NCBI RefSeq assembly: GCF_009914755.1
Contig: NC_060948.1
From: the human T2T-CHM13v2.0 reference genome, Homo sapiens
Length of the DNA stretch: 64,000 bases
Direction: 5' to 3' (one strand)
The translations under genes were made by a program, and so were the position numbers. The notes under the pieces are model-generated. The model was not told where the DNA came from and made no database searches. It was given only the letters and a program-made list of their open reading frames with translations. Position 1 is the stretch's first letter, and every line of letters starts with the position of its first letter. Below are positions 45,634 to 61,541 of the stretch, one piece after another.

Positions 45634-48592
45634 GAAGGTCATTTCTGATATTTTTTTGTCTTTGTGCATAACTTGTGCTCTTTTGGAAGTAACTTAAAAC
45701 ACAAATACTGTTTAACTATGAGCTATGAACAGTTACACCTACTGACTTAACGTGTGTTTTCCAGAAGGTTCCATTCCCTTTGAAGTGACTTGCCCAAGGT
45801 CACAAAAGCAACTTAGTGGCAGTCTGAAATAGAATTTAGGTCTGCTTGGTCAGTGTGCTTTTCACTATATTGTCCTGTCACATCTTTCACCACAGTAAAA
45901 GGGCTTATGTACATTTTTTTAAATCACATGTATAATGATCATATAGCCCAAAATAGTCCAGTGTTAAAACTAGTTTTGGTTATAGATTTGAATGGTAAAT
46001 ACCAAACTAATGTGTGTTAAATAGTAAAACGGTGACTCTTTTTCAACAAATTAAAGACATAAAAATACTAACTCATTAACTAATTTTCTGAATGAAACTT
46101 AAATTTTATAAAGCAATGTTACATATGTTATAACATTTACCTTCTTGAATGTTAGGGACGTCTCCTACATGAGGTTTTATGCTACAATTTAAACTTTAAA
46201 TTTTACGGAAATATCACTATAATACCTTACTGCAACTTAGATCTCTCTTGAATCCAAGAAGTTTGTTTTGCAGAAATACTGTAAGAACAGTTTTATAGTC
46301 ATCTTAATTTTTGTAGCAGGTCCCTATGACTTAAGACCCCAAAATACATTAAGGTAAAGTTTTAATGTTCCATAAACAATACCAATCATCCAATTTATGG
46401 AACTTATGTTTTGCTTATTTACAGAAAAATAAATATTTGCCCCATTTTAAATATTTTAAAGGTGTTTGCTCTATTGCTAAAAATGTCTAACACATTAGAC
46501 TTTTAATAGATTAATGGAATGGAGTTGTAAACTATTCTTCAGCAAACATACCTTTAAAGGTCATGCTGTTCTCAAAACATAAATTAACAAGTTTGGTTAA
46601 GTGCAAGGAAGTAGTATAAAAGCCAGCAACCTCAGTTATATTTTAGTCTTGTTATATTTGTTTGAATGAAAATTTATCTTACATAGCTATCTTTTTTTTC
46701 CAAAATGTAAAAGATTTTCCTTGTGAACAGACAGCATTTGATCTAACATAGTTATTGGTCTATTAATTTTTTGTGTGTTCTTTTCTACCAGAGCCATGTA
46801 TTCTTACTGCATAGTATACATTTTTAGAGTAAATTCTTTTAAGAAATAATTTGAACATCTTTAATTTTCAGAGAAAATTTTAGGTGTAGTTTTTTTAATT
46901 GCATAACTATTTGAAACTACTATATAGATAAATTTTGAAATTTTAGTAATGTGGTGAAAAAATTCAATGAGAAAGAATCTCCTTGATTCAGAAGCTACTG
47001 AAGACAAACAAGTAAAGTTGGAAACTGTTAAAGGACTAAAAGGGCAGAAAAATTGTCAATATCATTTTCTTATCTCTTCTAGATATAGCTGACTTGATAA
47101 ACTGATTATTAAAAGTAACAAGTTCAAATAACTGAAAAACCCAAGTTCATTTTGAACCAAAGATTATGGTTAAAATACCAATGCCAAATTTACCAAAATA
47201 ATTACATTTTGCATACTGGATAATCATTATATATGTAGTTGGTACAAATTTATCCTTAGTTATCTATATCTTAGATGTCTACTTCTGTGCCTCTGTGAAG
47301 CAGGAGGTAGTCTAATTATTTCCATGGTATGAATATAGAAATTGAGACTTGCCTAAATGTACAAAGACAGTAAATGGCCACATCAGGGATCACACTCACA
47401 TCTTTTTCACTTCACAGTCCAGATTTTTAACCAGAATGCGAAATATAAATGTATTTTTGTTTATATTTTGAAATATCATTTAACTATATTAATAATTACT
47501 ATGCACATAAACTTTTCAATTTCTTTTTAGATAAATGTTTTATATTATATCCATTTCTCAGCTTTATTAACTGTGTTAGGAGTGCAGAACACCGTGCCTT
47601 GAGGAAACATAAAAGTACATCAGTTAAACTGAATATTAAGGTTTTTCTTCTTTCTTCTGGACAGCTTAATTGTAGGAGAAATATTCTACCTATAAAATTG
47701 CCTGTCGTTAACAATTCAGTAACAGCCTGGTGAATGTGAACACACACACTTTAAGTGTCTAATTTAAAACTAGATTTTCTCCTTTGATAATTCTACTTTT
47801 GTTGTAGATTATATAATGAGTTTAAGCAAATTAAAATTATAGATGGCTTGTGATCTTTCTCATCAAAGATGATTGCATTTTTGTTTCACTTGTATTAGAA
47901 ATTTGACAGATTTGATCTAGAGGCATGTACAGTTTTGATTTTTAATGGATTTGCTTGGACAATCTCAAGTTAAAATAAGAACTTTCAATTCTAGTCTCTG
48001 TTCAGAAATCCTGACTCATAATACTGAGATAAATACTGGAGGGATAAAATGTCTCTCAGCATTAAATAACTAAATAACATTTGTTTGAACTGTGAAGGGA
48101 GAATTGAGTTTATTTATAATCCATCTGCATAATACATCTAGTTGAATCAATCAATTATTTTAACTGATTTTCTTCCAAATTAACTGCTGGTTTTATTTTT
48201 ATGTGGACATTAGCCTTATTGTCCAAAAAACTCACTCTATATTTCTACTTAAGACAATTAAAATGCAGCAATTCCTTATTCTTTAATCATATCCTTAGGG
48301 TATTTAGTCAGAATGGAATATTATGAGTCAAAGATATTGATCAGAAGTCAGTCAAAATTTAAAATATCTTCTCTTGGATTTATTTTCTTCAAAACTATTA
48401 TCATGCAATAATGATGCAAATGAAGTACAGACAAAAACATAGATGAACACAGATGCATTTGCTTGATAAGTACAGACAAGGAAACAGCATGGTAGAAATT
48501 TGCCCAACTAGACTTTCATTCTAGTAGCTAAGCTTTATACTTTTTTTCTTAACTTGATATTTTAAAAACTTGAAAAAAAGAAAAGAATCAGC

Positions 48593-48783
48593 ATCACTTC
48601 TCAGCCTTTTGGCTAAGATAGAGTGTAGTATCTGTTCCTATCAGTTTAATATCTGATGTATCCTCTGTCCGAGGACAATATATTACATGGATTTTTGGAG
48701 CAGGGAGATGGAATAGGAGCATGCTCTGTCCACTCCACACATTGACCTGGTATTGCAGTACCTCCAAGAACGGTGTTCCCCTC
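48593..48783 (+). pseudogene. RNU2-57P: Full-length U2 snRNA retropseudogene (RNU2-1 type; probably the copy annotated RNU2-57P)
   Basis: Colinear with U2 from 'atcacttctcagccttttggctaagat' through 'gtgtagtatctgtt' and the Sm site 'ggatttttggagcagggag' to 'aacggtg'; CpG decay; no PSE recognised upstream. The symbol is from recall of a U2 copy in PCDH11Y intron 1 and is less certain than the U2 call. Confidence 0.93.
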
Positions 48784-48806
48784 GGGGGTTAAAACACAGT
48801 GTTACG

Positions 48807-49231
<425 letters not shown>

Positions 49232-50679
49232 TTAGAAACTATGTTTCTCTTGCTAATATTCAGTATCACTTTGTTACTTGAAAATTCTACTTTTCACAGA
49301 AAACAACCTATTTTTGTAGGACTTAGGTTGTCTTCCTGCTGTTAGGATATAATACCACTAGATAGCAGTGAGGTTGTAAGAACTCATTTCTTGTTGGAAT
49401 GTATTTTACTCAGACATGGATTATTTCTTCCTTTAATATATATAATATACATAATTTCTGAAATTATATAATAAATCATAAAATGTTTATATTCAAAATA
49501 TACTTTTAGAAATGAAGACTTAGGTCACATTTATTCTGTTTTCCTTATCATATATCATCAGTTAATACTTAATGAAACCCTACCCTTCACCAGAGATTTT
49601 GAATAGCTTATTTTTTACCTACTCCATATTTTCTATTTTCCAGAATTATCTCTTGAAAAAACTCATACATGCATAATTGAAATTAAAATTTTAGGATATT
49701 CCACAAAGTTGAATAGAGGTTTTAACTAAATCCATGACCTCCTAAACACAAATCTTTTTTTTCACTGACATTAAAAAAAGTGTATCTATAGATAAAATTT
49801 CTGTTATCCTTCAATTAATAATAAATCACAAACATACATAATTCTGTTAAGTAAAAGACCACATGTCTATTGAGGAATTGTACTAGGCTCACAAGAGTGA
49901 GTGTGAGATGATTACTAAGAGACTGTTTGCTATGAACAGTAAAACGCATTTTTTTGGTATAATGTGATATATGATATAAATGAGCTTGATAAGGTTGTTT
50001 AAAGATTCACAAAAGAAAGTAGATTTCTGGCCTTTCACTTGATTTACTATGAATTTCTGCAAAACTACTGAGTTTCCTGGTTGTGAAATAAAAATAATGA
50101 CTCTTTAACAATTTGTCTGACTGTGCAAATGAGTGATAAAACTTGAATAAAAATGTATTATTCAGAGTAGAACTGAAAGGTGTGAGGCTCTAGATGTTAA
50201 ACATTTATATTCATAAATTATCATAAACACTGAACAATGATATGTGTTCATAAGTAAATAAATAAGTTTTTTAAATTAGGTGTTACATATAACTTATAAA
50301 ACCAGATGAGATGCCACATAACAGAGTTGTATATTTTCTACACATTTTGCAAGTGCACTTATAAAGATATATGTCTATTATTCATATATTAGACATTAGT
50401 ATTTATGGAGAGGCATAGGTGGATACATATGTCCATATATTCTTGCTTAGACAAATGGCAATATAATCATTATACATATGTTCCTAAATAAAAATTTTGC
50501 ATTTATCGTGTATACTAATCAAGGAATAACAAACTAGATCATTTAAGGTTTCATTTACAGAATCAATTCCAAATATCTTTTATTGCTTTGACACTAGTAG
50601 CATTTTGACTCCTTTAGTACACCCTACAGCATTCCAGGTTAGGGGAGTTAAAAGGTCCGAGAAAGTTGCCAGGTTCACA

Positions 50680-50739
50680 TAGTAGGGAGATTGAACTGAT
50701 AGTAGGGAGATTGAACTGATAGTAGGGAGTTTCAACTGA
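50680..50739. repeat. 20-bp tandem repeat x3 (tagtagggagattgaactga)
   Basis: Two identical copies plus a third with 2 mismatches. Confidence 0.95.
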
Positions 50740-50759
50740 TACCTCATTAAGGTTTTTGT

Positions 50760-51054
<295 letters not shown>

Positions 51055-51858
51055 ATATTTTTACATAACAATTTTCACACTCTTCCATTTTCTCTCCACT
51101 TTCTCTTTTCCTTCTACTCTCTTTTTTCCTTCTTCCATTGAATTTTCACTACTCTTTCTTCATAAAGTAAGTTGTTGAAAGATTAAATATTTTACTGCAG
51201 TTCACTCTGTTTTCTACTTCCATTCTTCTACAAGTAGGCCTCTATGTCAAAAAATAATCAGTTTGAAAATCTCCTTTATTATTCTGTTTTTAAGCATCTC
51301 TTTGTCTAAAAGTAAAAACAAAACGTACAATTAGGAATATGTGCTTTGGCTCTTTAAGGCAACTGCTTGCCCCATACTCTGACTTTAGCCCTCAATTGTC
51401 TTGGAGATGCACAGTAAAAGGATATATGCCTAGGAGAATAAGGCTTTGATGTACTGTATATCTAAATGTTGTCTGACAAAATTAACACAGAAAACTATGG
51501 ATATTTTTTCTTAGCGTTTGGAACAAACATGATACATAATAGATTATTTTGCTGTAATTAAAATGATTTTCTATGTCTAAGTTAATGTTCATGTACCTAG
51601 TTTTGGTTGTTTCCACTTAGCAGGTGAGGTAGCAATTGCTTTCTTTTGAAAATTTAGACCCTTTCTACTGCTATCATTGACTTTGGAAAAAAGGCAAAAC
51701 CAAAGGCAAATTAACCCTGTAATAAATATATTCAGTTGATCATTCATGTTAAGATACTTGATGGCTTACATTTAATATTAGGGATATTTATTTTACATTC
51801 AAAAGTTATTCATTTTTACTTAAAACATAGAAATGCTGTTTTTTAAAAAAAGGTTTAT

Positions 51859-52178
<320 letters not shown>

Positions 52179-53902
52179 TCAAGTAAAATGATTTAAATAA
52201 GAAGGGCAGTTACTTATTCAACTCAAAAGAATTTAAAAGGAAACATAAAGGATTTTAAACAGCAGTATTCATTTTCTGCCTTTGTTAGTCAACAAAAAAG
52301 AGGGTCTTGAGTCATAATGCAGACAAAAGGTAACATCGGCTGCATATTGTGCCTGAATAATGGAGATTTCTTCAACAGAAACTGTTTGAAAAACATTTGC
52401 ATGGAAGTAGTAGATTGCCTTTGATTATATTCAAGGGGAAGGAAATAGCCAAGCATGATTTTCCAGAATAAGGTAAACTTTTCTTTCATTAGTGAAAGTT
52501 ATATTTTTGGAGTGATATAAACACTTTAAAACACTTTATACACAAAGTGAATTCATATAGATAAATTACATATTTTAAAACCAGAAATATTTTCACATTA
52601 AAGCTGAAATTATACATGATATGAATGCAGTATTAGTTACTAATGATTTGTTTTGCAGAAAGATTCTTCATTGTGTAAATGAATTCATCATAGACTCCAA
52701 ATATCAAGCTCTCAGAATGTGTTAAAAATGGCATTTGTTATCAGTCCTCCAGGTGTTACATATGACTCCCAGTCACACTTAGATGACAGTATATGTGAAA
52801 GATGCTTAGGAGAGGCAAGAGTCTGAAAGGCCAACATATATTAAATAACTTTATTTAAATGAAACAATAAAATCCTGATTGATTTGAAAGCACACTGATG
52901 CATTATTAATGCACTTTCTTGAAGAATTGGTCTCGAGAGAAAATGCTTCACTGAAATAATTCAGGAAACTGCCCTTATGGCAAGTGGGGCAGATTCTCTT
53001 CCTGTCCTTCATAGCATTCTATATGTTTAAGGAGCAATGCTGACAATCATACACATGCATCTGCATGCACACATTAGAAGAGATGGAGTAACATGTCTAT
53101 CTAAGTTGTTGTTGGCAATCTGTGTTCCCCCTCAGTGGAAATCTTTCAAATTAAATTTGGGCAATTTTCTTTATGTAGATACTAGAAAAGGATTCTCTCT
53201 CAGCTCATATTTGTGTGTCTTTTGTCATTTTTTCTTCACAGTTATGGTTACCTATGCTAGTACAGTATGCTGCACATAATTTAGATCAATTAATTCTGTT
53301 GACTAAAATACACCTTTTTGGATCCCCTGTTTCCTGCTTCTCACCACCACACATTGTCTTGTCTGCTGTGCTTTTAACAGCTCTCAAATAAGAAATTTAT
53401 CTTTGCATATTTAAACATCCTACTCCTCACCCCATATTAAAGTTACATTATTAAGAAGGCCCACACATTCTGATAATTTCCATATATTTATTAATGCCCA
53501 CCTGCATGAAATAATTTTTCCTGCACATTTAGTTTTGTGCTTTTCCCAGATATTTGGAATAAATCTTTACTTATTGATGTAGTGATTTGTATGGAGAATT
53601 GCATATTAGTGGAAAGTCTGACTAAATATCTATATAGAATATATGATGTCGGACTACATGAAATTTCTATTTTTCAGGTCAAAATTGGTTAAATATCAGC
53701 AATTTTATCTATTTCAACCAGTAAACAAAGGTCACAGTTCAGATGTACTGAAACAGAGAAAATCATAATTATCGGTGGAACTATCTTCTGAATTTCTCCT
53801 CACATCTGCAGATTTGTCCGGACAATTACTTAGTCTTAAGTAAAAATTAGTGTTGGAGAAGTCTTTATGAATAATGCATACTTCTGGAGGAAGTGAGATT
53901 TG

Positions 53903-53935
53903 ATCACTTCTCAGCCTTTTGGCTAAGATAAAATG
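53903..53935 (+). pseudogene. 3'-truncated U2 snRNA retrofragment (U2 nt 1 to ~33)
   Basis: 'atcacttctcagccttttggctaagat' starts exactly at U2 nt 1; 25/27 identity to U2. Confidence 0.8.
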
Positions 53936-54474
53936 AAAGTCAGTTTATAAAGTTGAGACTTCTGATTTAATGTTAATATGAGTTCCTGAAAAATGAAACA
54001 CAGTTCTATTAATGCCTCAGTACAAATTACCCAATTATGCAACATAAATTTCAATTAAATGTAGCATCAAGTAAATCTATTTTCCTATTCAATTACTTAT
54101 TGAATGAATACGCATTTTTCTAATAAGATAGGCATTTGGATCAAATGTTAGCATTTTTTGTTTCTGCAGATTTATTGTGTCTGCAATTTAATATGGATTA
54201 TAGAAACATACGGAATGAAGCCTCCGTATAATTGTTTATCCCATTATCAGAAATTTTGCAAAATTTGATTCCTGAGAAAAAGGTAAATTAAAACCATTTG
54301 CCATCAGTTATCTTTTTCATTTTTTTTTCTAAACTCGGATTTCAAACAGAAGAGCTCTTTTTTGGGTGATGTCCTTAATAATTACAATCTAGATTCTGAT
54401 TCCAAAACTTTACTAAGTTTTATTTAGGTTAGTGTAAGTGAAAAAAAACATATTTTGTATTGTTTAAAGTCTGT

Positions 54475-54705
54475 GTAGTAGCTAAGAGCTTAAGCTTTCG
54501 ACTCATATAAATCTTCTTTCAAATTTTAGTTGTATACCTTAATAGGTCTGTGACCTTGGGCAAGTTATTGAAACTTTTAGAGTCTCAATTCCCTCATATG
54601 TAAACGGAAGTCACAATAACAGTGCATGTATCATAAGACTGCTGTATTAAATGCACTTATCACAGTTCTTGGCATGTAATAAGAATTCAATAAATGGTAG
54701 CTACT
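54475..54705 (+). mobile_element. MIR SINE
   Basis: 'tgtgaccttgggcaagttattgaa...tctcaattccctcatatgtaaa' core and 'caataaatggtagcta' tail. Confidence 0.8.
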
Positions 54706-56481
54706 ATTATTCTAATAACTGATTACATTCTTTGGAAATTGTATTAAGTTGACCCCAGCTGCTTAGTGAATCACTGTATTTGTCAGCATAGTAATTTGCA
54801 GAAACATGGATCTGTATTTCCTTTATATATATTTTTAATAGGATTAGGACTTGCAGGAGTTTGCTAGTGTGTATATGATCTTGGCAGCAGGAATCCAAAT
54901 AGCCTGAGTAGAAAACTGAATTTTCCCACATTTTTTCAATCACATATGGATAGAGATAATCCCCACTGTTGGCTAAATTGTGGAAGTTTTATGCTTCTTG
55001 TATTGGTGGCCTTGCTGGCAACAGTAGTCTACAAATAAAGAATATTGTTTCTTAGTAGCTTAAGCAATGTTAACATTGTGATACATTCTCTCTTTTTACC
55101 AAATAAGTCTTTTCAAACTCTTAGCAAAATTAAACATTTTAAAAAATCATCGAGTTAATTAAAAGAATATTGTATCCTTAAAATATGCCATTTTAATGGA
55201 AATTTTTTTTTGTCAGTGAGAATATGATTTATTTACAATAATGCCACAAAATATGAAGTGGCAGTTTTATATTTCAAGTGGTTCTGGTCATTTTTAATTA
55301 ACCGGAGAGGAAGTGAGAAAAAAATAAAGACTGTTTAAAATATAATTAATTAGATTAAAATTTTAACTTTTGTTTATACAGTCTTTAGTAATGTATTTAT
55401 TGGCTTTTCTGAGGAATCTGGTATTTCTGAGGAAATTCTATTTTTAAATACATGCTACTTTAAATAAATGTTACTTCATCATTTGCAAATGACTATTCAA
55501 TCAACATGTATAAAAGTTGTGGATTTCTTTGCTTTTATGACAAAAGTGGTATTGTATTTTTAAACTGATCACTTTATTAGGTCAGAGAGGGTATAGTTCA
55601 ACGTGTAATTATTTATTGTTAAATTGTATATTTACAAACATTTTAGTTTTGAACCATTAGATGTTTATGTAATTTAAGTATGAAAGTTTAAAAATGGTTC
55701 ATATAATAATAGGCATGTGATAAAATGTCATGATAAAAGACAGCCAAATAAATATTATTTCATCCTATTTAGAAAGAATAATTTTCCAGAGGAACTTTAC
55801 TCAGTTTTAGAGAGAAATCCAAGAATAGTGTTCTTCTTTCATTTTTCAACATGATATAATCAGAGAATTTGGAAAACTGGTAAATATAACCTATAGTAAA
55901 ATGGTCAGGAAAAATACTCATTTCCATTTATGATAACTGAAGTGACAAAAAGACTCCTAGAAGTTACATTTTCCCTTTGTGGTATATTAAAGAACAATGA
56001 ATATACCACACTTTATTCTAAAAAGGACTTTTTTTGTGAATGTAAAGGATAATGATCAGATTTAAGTTTCTTTCTACAACCACTTCTAATTCTATTCACG
56101 TGATCTATTTAAAAATTCCTTACTTCAACATATTTAAATGTAGTAGCCATTTTGAAACATTTTAGTCCCGCAAGACACAGAAATATACAAAAAAACATAC
56201 AAGTTTCAGATCCAGAATTCAGTTTCTCCCTAAAGGGAAATTCATCATCCAATCTTCTGGCGTTCTTTAAACTAGACACTAGACCCTTTTCATCTAGATA
56301 TTGCATATCTCATATATATTATACATACATACATGTATGTGTATGCATGTATTTTTAAAATCAGTATTTGTAGTAACATATCAAAAAGGAATTTCTAATA
56401 TTCCAAGGTTCTAATGTTAGAATAGAAACATATTCACAATAGTGTTTATCAGTTTCATGTATTTAGAGTAGTTTCACACTA

Positions 56482-56791
<310 letters not shown>

Positions 56792-58018
56792 TAAAATAAG
56801 TTATTAGGACAAAAAAGATATAGGGCAAAATAAATAGAATGCTTACCCACCTCAAATAAAAAGAAAATAATATTTGTTAATATGAAGGTGATACTGGATA
56901 AGTGAAGTGCCTAGGACTTTTTTCTTAAATAATCTAGTATATTTTATGTGAATAAGGGACTATAAAGTAGGGAGATCAGCAGGACTGTAAAAGTGGGTGT
57001 GGGAGAAGAAAGTTTGCTAGTCAAACTTGATTTAAATTGACTGCCTTTGTAATAGCATGTGGCTGAATGTTTTGATCTATTTATAATGAATATTTTAAGG
57101 ATTTGCTAATTTTTGAAAATTGGCAAGAAATACTCATTTTTTTCCTGTCTTGAGGTATGCCAAAAATAAAACTTGCTAGAATAAAAAAAAATGAAAGTGA
57201 AGGAATGTCTTGTGTGTGCTAAAACACCTCCACTTAAAGAGTTTGATATCCACTAGAAAATGTTGTTTCTTTAAAAAGGGGATAAAGGGCATTTGATGCT
57301 TCTCACCTTTCACAGTTGTGACAATTCTCTTAGACATCTTAAATTCTCTAAGTGGAGATTTCTTATATTCTTCACAGTACACCTGTTTAAAAATTGTAGT
57401 CCACAGAAATCTGAAACTACAAAAGAAACTTTTCTCAAGATGATAACTCTCAAGGAGTGTAAATTACAGTTACTTCATTTGTGGGAGTTTTCCTATCACT
57501 TTTCAATTAATAAGACACCCTGGTTATGGGAATTTTAGTCTCACTGAAAAACTCAATTGTTCTATGCAAATTAAATTTGCGTATGCAAGTTACAATTTGA
57601 GTTTAAGCTTAGGCCTACGATGATGGAGGGATAACAGGCAAACTGGAATGTGGTACTTGACCATACTTAGTCAGTGCAGGAAAAACAACAAAAAAATCTT
57701 CAGAAACTTTCTTACCATTGACAGGGGCTAGTGTCGATATTCCTTGTGGTTTTCCCTTATTGACTGTATCTACACCATCACATAGCAAAATGTACACAAC
57801 AGCAGAAAGTAGACATTTTACTCATAGTTTCTGCAAAATCTGAATAAAGATAAAGTTTTTCTACCACAAATAATTCCAAAGATGTGGTCTTATAGATGTA
57901 TGCATTCTAAGGATCAGGGAAAGGCGGTGAAATAAAACTCTAAGTTGAACAAAATTCAAGTAGTTTATCTTTTAACAGAAATATCTCCATAAACCATATT
58001 GATATAAAGGTGAACAGG

Positions 58019-58320
58019 GGTTGGACACAGTGGCTGAAAGCCCATAATTCCAGTGTTTTGGGAGGCCAAAATGGGAGGATGGCTTGAGAATAGGAGTTGG
58101 AGACCAGCCTGGGCAACATAGAAAGACCTCATCTCTACAAAAAAAAAAAAAAAATAGCCAGGTCTGTTCATGTGTGCCTGTAGTCCTAGCTATTTGGGAG
58201 GCTGAGGTAGGAGGATTGGTCAAGCCCAGGAGTTGGAGGCTGTAGTGAGCTATGATCGTGCCACTGCACTTCAACCGGGGTGACAAAGCGAAAACCGTGT
58301 CTCTAAAAAAATTAAAAATA
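58019..58320 (+). mobile_element. AluJ SINE
   Basis: 'agcccaggagttggaggctgtagtgagctatgatc'; TSD-like ataaaggtgaacagg/atagaggtcaacagg. Confidence 0.9.
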
Positions 58321-59172
58321 AATAGAGGTCAACAGGAAGAATCAATAACTAAGGCAGCAACTGGAATTGACAAATTAATATCAATAAGCTTGAATCAACT
58401 AATGAGGATGGTTTTGTGTGTGTGTGTCTGTGGGGGGGAGACAGAGAGAGAGAGAGAAATATTGGTGAAGTAGTATTTTAATTCACCCACCAACATTCTA
58501 TTGGGTGGCCAAATTCATAGAGGTATTTTATTAGAATCAGAAATTTCAGAATTTTAGAATCTATATGTTAGCAAACTGTGTATTCATAGGTTCAAAAGAG
58601 GTTCACGACCTCTTGTTCCTCATAAATCATTCTAGGAGGAAAAAAATACTAACATAGCTGTAGCCCCTAAGTCATGAAGTGCATCTGACTGGTTCACAAA
58701 ATGTTAAATATAAAGGATTACAGCTTTTCAATTAAAAATTTTTTATGATAAACATTAATGGGAAAAAACACTTATTTCAATAAAATTTATGGAATTCATT
58801 ATTACTTTCAAAGAAATAACACCCTTATCTGTTAGCTCTGTCGATCCAGGGATGAAGGTTCAGCTAGAAAAATAACTTTAACCCATTATTGGACTGGTCT
58901 TTATTAAAGGCAGAGATATAACCCTAACTATCTCCCACTCTTCTGATTATGTATTTGTATTAAATACCTGATTATTTATTTAAAATTTATTTACTCAAAC
59001 TATGGAAACATTATTCAATTCTTCCTTTCTTTGCAAAGAAAGATTTTCTGGTCAAAATAATAAACGTTAATCCACAGAGGCAAAGCAAAAATAACAAAGA
59101 TCTCTGTAGATAATATTAACTTTTATTCAAATTTCACAGTTGTTAATAAATGTATATTCAAAAGGAATGTGT

Positions 59173-59545
<373 letters not shown>

Positions 59546-60428
59546 CTATCCACATCACATTATGAGGCTATCTACTTTCTCAAAGTATTTTGATCTTTGC
59601 TTCTAGATTAATAAAAAATGTAATAGTGGCTGAAGTATTTAAGGCACTCCCCTGGGACATGAAAAAAAATAATAAAATTTAGGTTATCTGGCACTGCCCA
59701 AATAATTGTATACAGAAAGTAAGAGAAAATTCATGTATGTTTGTGTTTATCTGCACTTACGGTAGTTGTTCTAAACTTTAGTCTTTAAATATAGAAGCCA
59801 ATATGGAAGGTTAAATAGATGATTAATGCTCATCCTTTATTAGAAGTCTCTTTAAGCATATCTTATTTCCACGTTGATCATATTTATCTTTAGTAAAATT
59901 ATAATTAACGTATAAGGTTTGTTTAATGGCTACAATTTCAGCTCATTTGTAATTAAAGTTTATCGCAAATAACTTTTATAATTAAGTAACTTATAAAATC
60001 TCAGATTAAAGTAAATTATATTACTTAGTCTCAACATTTTCTTATAAAACATATTCTTCTTCTGTCTTTGCCTTATCTGTTCTTGGCACTAACTTCTTCA
60101 GTCATTCACACTTCAAAAGCTTTGGACTATTTCCTCTTCCTTATACCCACATTGCAGATTAAACTTTAGACTTTTTTATCTTGCAATCTCTTTCTCTCCC
60201 AATCTTTCTTCCTACATCTTCCAGCTATTTATCAAAAACATTTAAAGAGCTACTTCTTTCATGAACCTCTTCTTAATTCCGTTACCTCAAAGTATTCACA
60301 TTCTTCGGTACTATCATATCACTTTGCTCTGTCCTTTGTCACTTAGCCTATTTAGTATAATAATTATCATCTACAAATCTTGTATTATCTCCCCCACTAC
60401 ATAAACTTAACATGTGCTTTATACACAG

Positions 60429-60597
60429 AGGGTGCTTAAAAAGTACAGATCAACTGGATGGATGAATGGATGGAAGAGGATGGAATATCTTAACAAAACA
60501 CATTTTCCTTAAGTAAATTCATGCATACTCCAAATAAAATACAGAATGTGAAGTATCTCTGAACTGTGCTGTTGAATATGGTAGCTACTAGCTACAT
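60429..60597 (+). other. PCDH11Y: Candidate alternative 5'UTR exon (169 nt), transposon-derived
   Basis: Acceptor 'tgctttatacacag|', donor 'CAT|GTGAGT'; matches my recollection of a PCDH11 5'UTR; 8 internal ATGs. Confidence 0.6.
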
Positions 60598-60766
60598 GTG
60601 AGTATTTAAATTTTAATTTATTAAATTAAATTAAGAATTTAATTCCTCAGTCGCACTAGCCACATTTCAAGTGGTTAATAGGCACAAGCGGCTACCATAT
60701 TGGACCATGCAGATTATTTTAATAAAATATTTTTATCATTGCAGAAAGTTCTATTGGATAGTACTG
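60564..60766 (-). mobile_element. MER3 hAT-Charlie element
   Basis: 'ttcctcagtcgcactagccacatttcaagtg' and 'atcattgcagaaagttctattggatagtactg' match the MER3 reverse complement. Confidence 0.85.
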
Positions 60767-61435
60767 CTCTAGAAATTTCTGCTGGAGGAATGGATGAGAG
60801 AAACACGTCTATGGAATTCGAGGGAGATCATAATAACGAATAATAAGGCATAGGATTACCACTTCCCATATAAAAAGTATGATTCATAGCCATTTATAAT
60901 ACAAGCAATTACCCCTCAAAGTTGAAGATTTATATTAGTATCATTATTATCACTTTTCATTTAATCCATAATTTTTGCAACATCGATAATATAAAACTCA
61001 AAATAATTCATGTAGGTAGGAAGATGTCATATTTTCCACATAAATATGCATTAAATGCTTTAACAAATCTGGCTTAATTAGAATAAGAATACAACAGACT
61101 AGGCTGGCTTTTCAAAAATTTTAATAGCTTATTCCCTGTTAAAGCTAAGAAATACCTTCCAGTATACCCTACCTCCCAAAGTATCAGGGATTTTTTGTTT
61201 TTTAATCCAAGAGAGATTTATGAGATCATAAAACACAATCTTTATGTTCTTTGCTTCCCTTTTCCCAAAATCTAAAATTATTCAGAAATATTTAACCTTT
61301 TCTTGATTTGTAGCCGTTACAGCTAATTGGAGGATCCTGCCATAAAATGATGGCCCTCTGTCATGTGTTGCCTACTTGTTTAATTTAGATTTATGGTTTC
61401 TTGAAAGCCAATTGAAAGTGTTTGACCCCTCATAG

Positions 61436-61541
61436 GAAAATCCTGTTGTGAATAAGAAGGATTCCACAGATCACATACCAGAGCGGTTTTGCCTCAGCTG
61501 CTCTCAACTTTGTAATCTTGTGAAGAAGCTGACAAGCTTGG
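61436..61541 (+). other. PCDH11Y: Non-coding 5'UTR exon (106 nt)
   Basis: Acceptor 'tttgacccctcatag|', donor 'TGG|GTGAGA'; ATG-free unique sequence recalled from PCDH11 mRNA. Confidence 0.78.

Noticed and set aside
48593-48783. Functional U2 snRNA gene
   Set aside because: Substitutions in U6-pairing and stem positions, CpG decay, and no recognisable PSE/DSE upstream (A-rich integration site instead).
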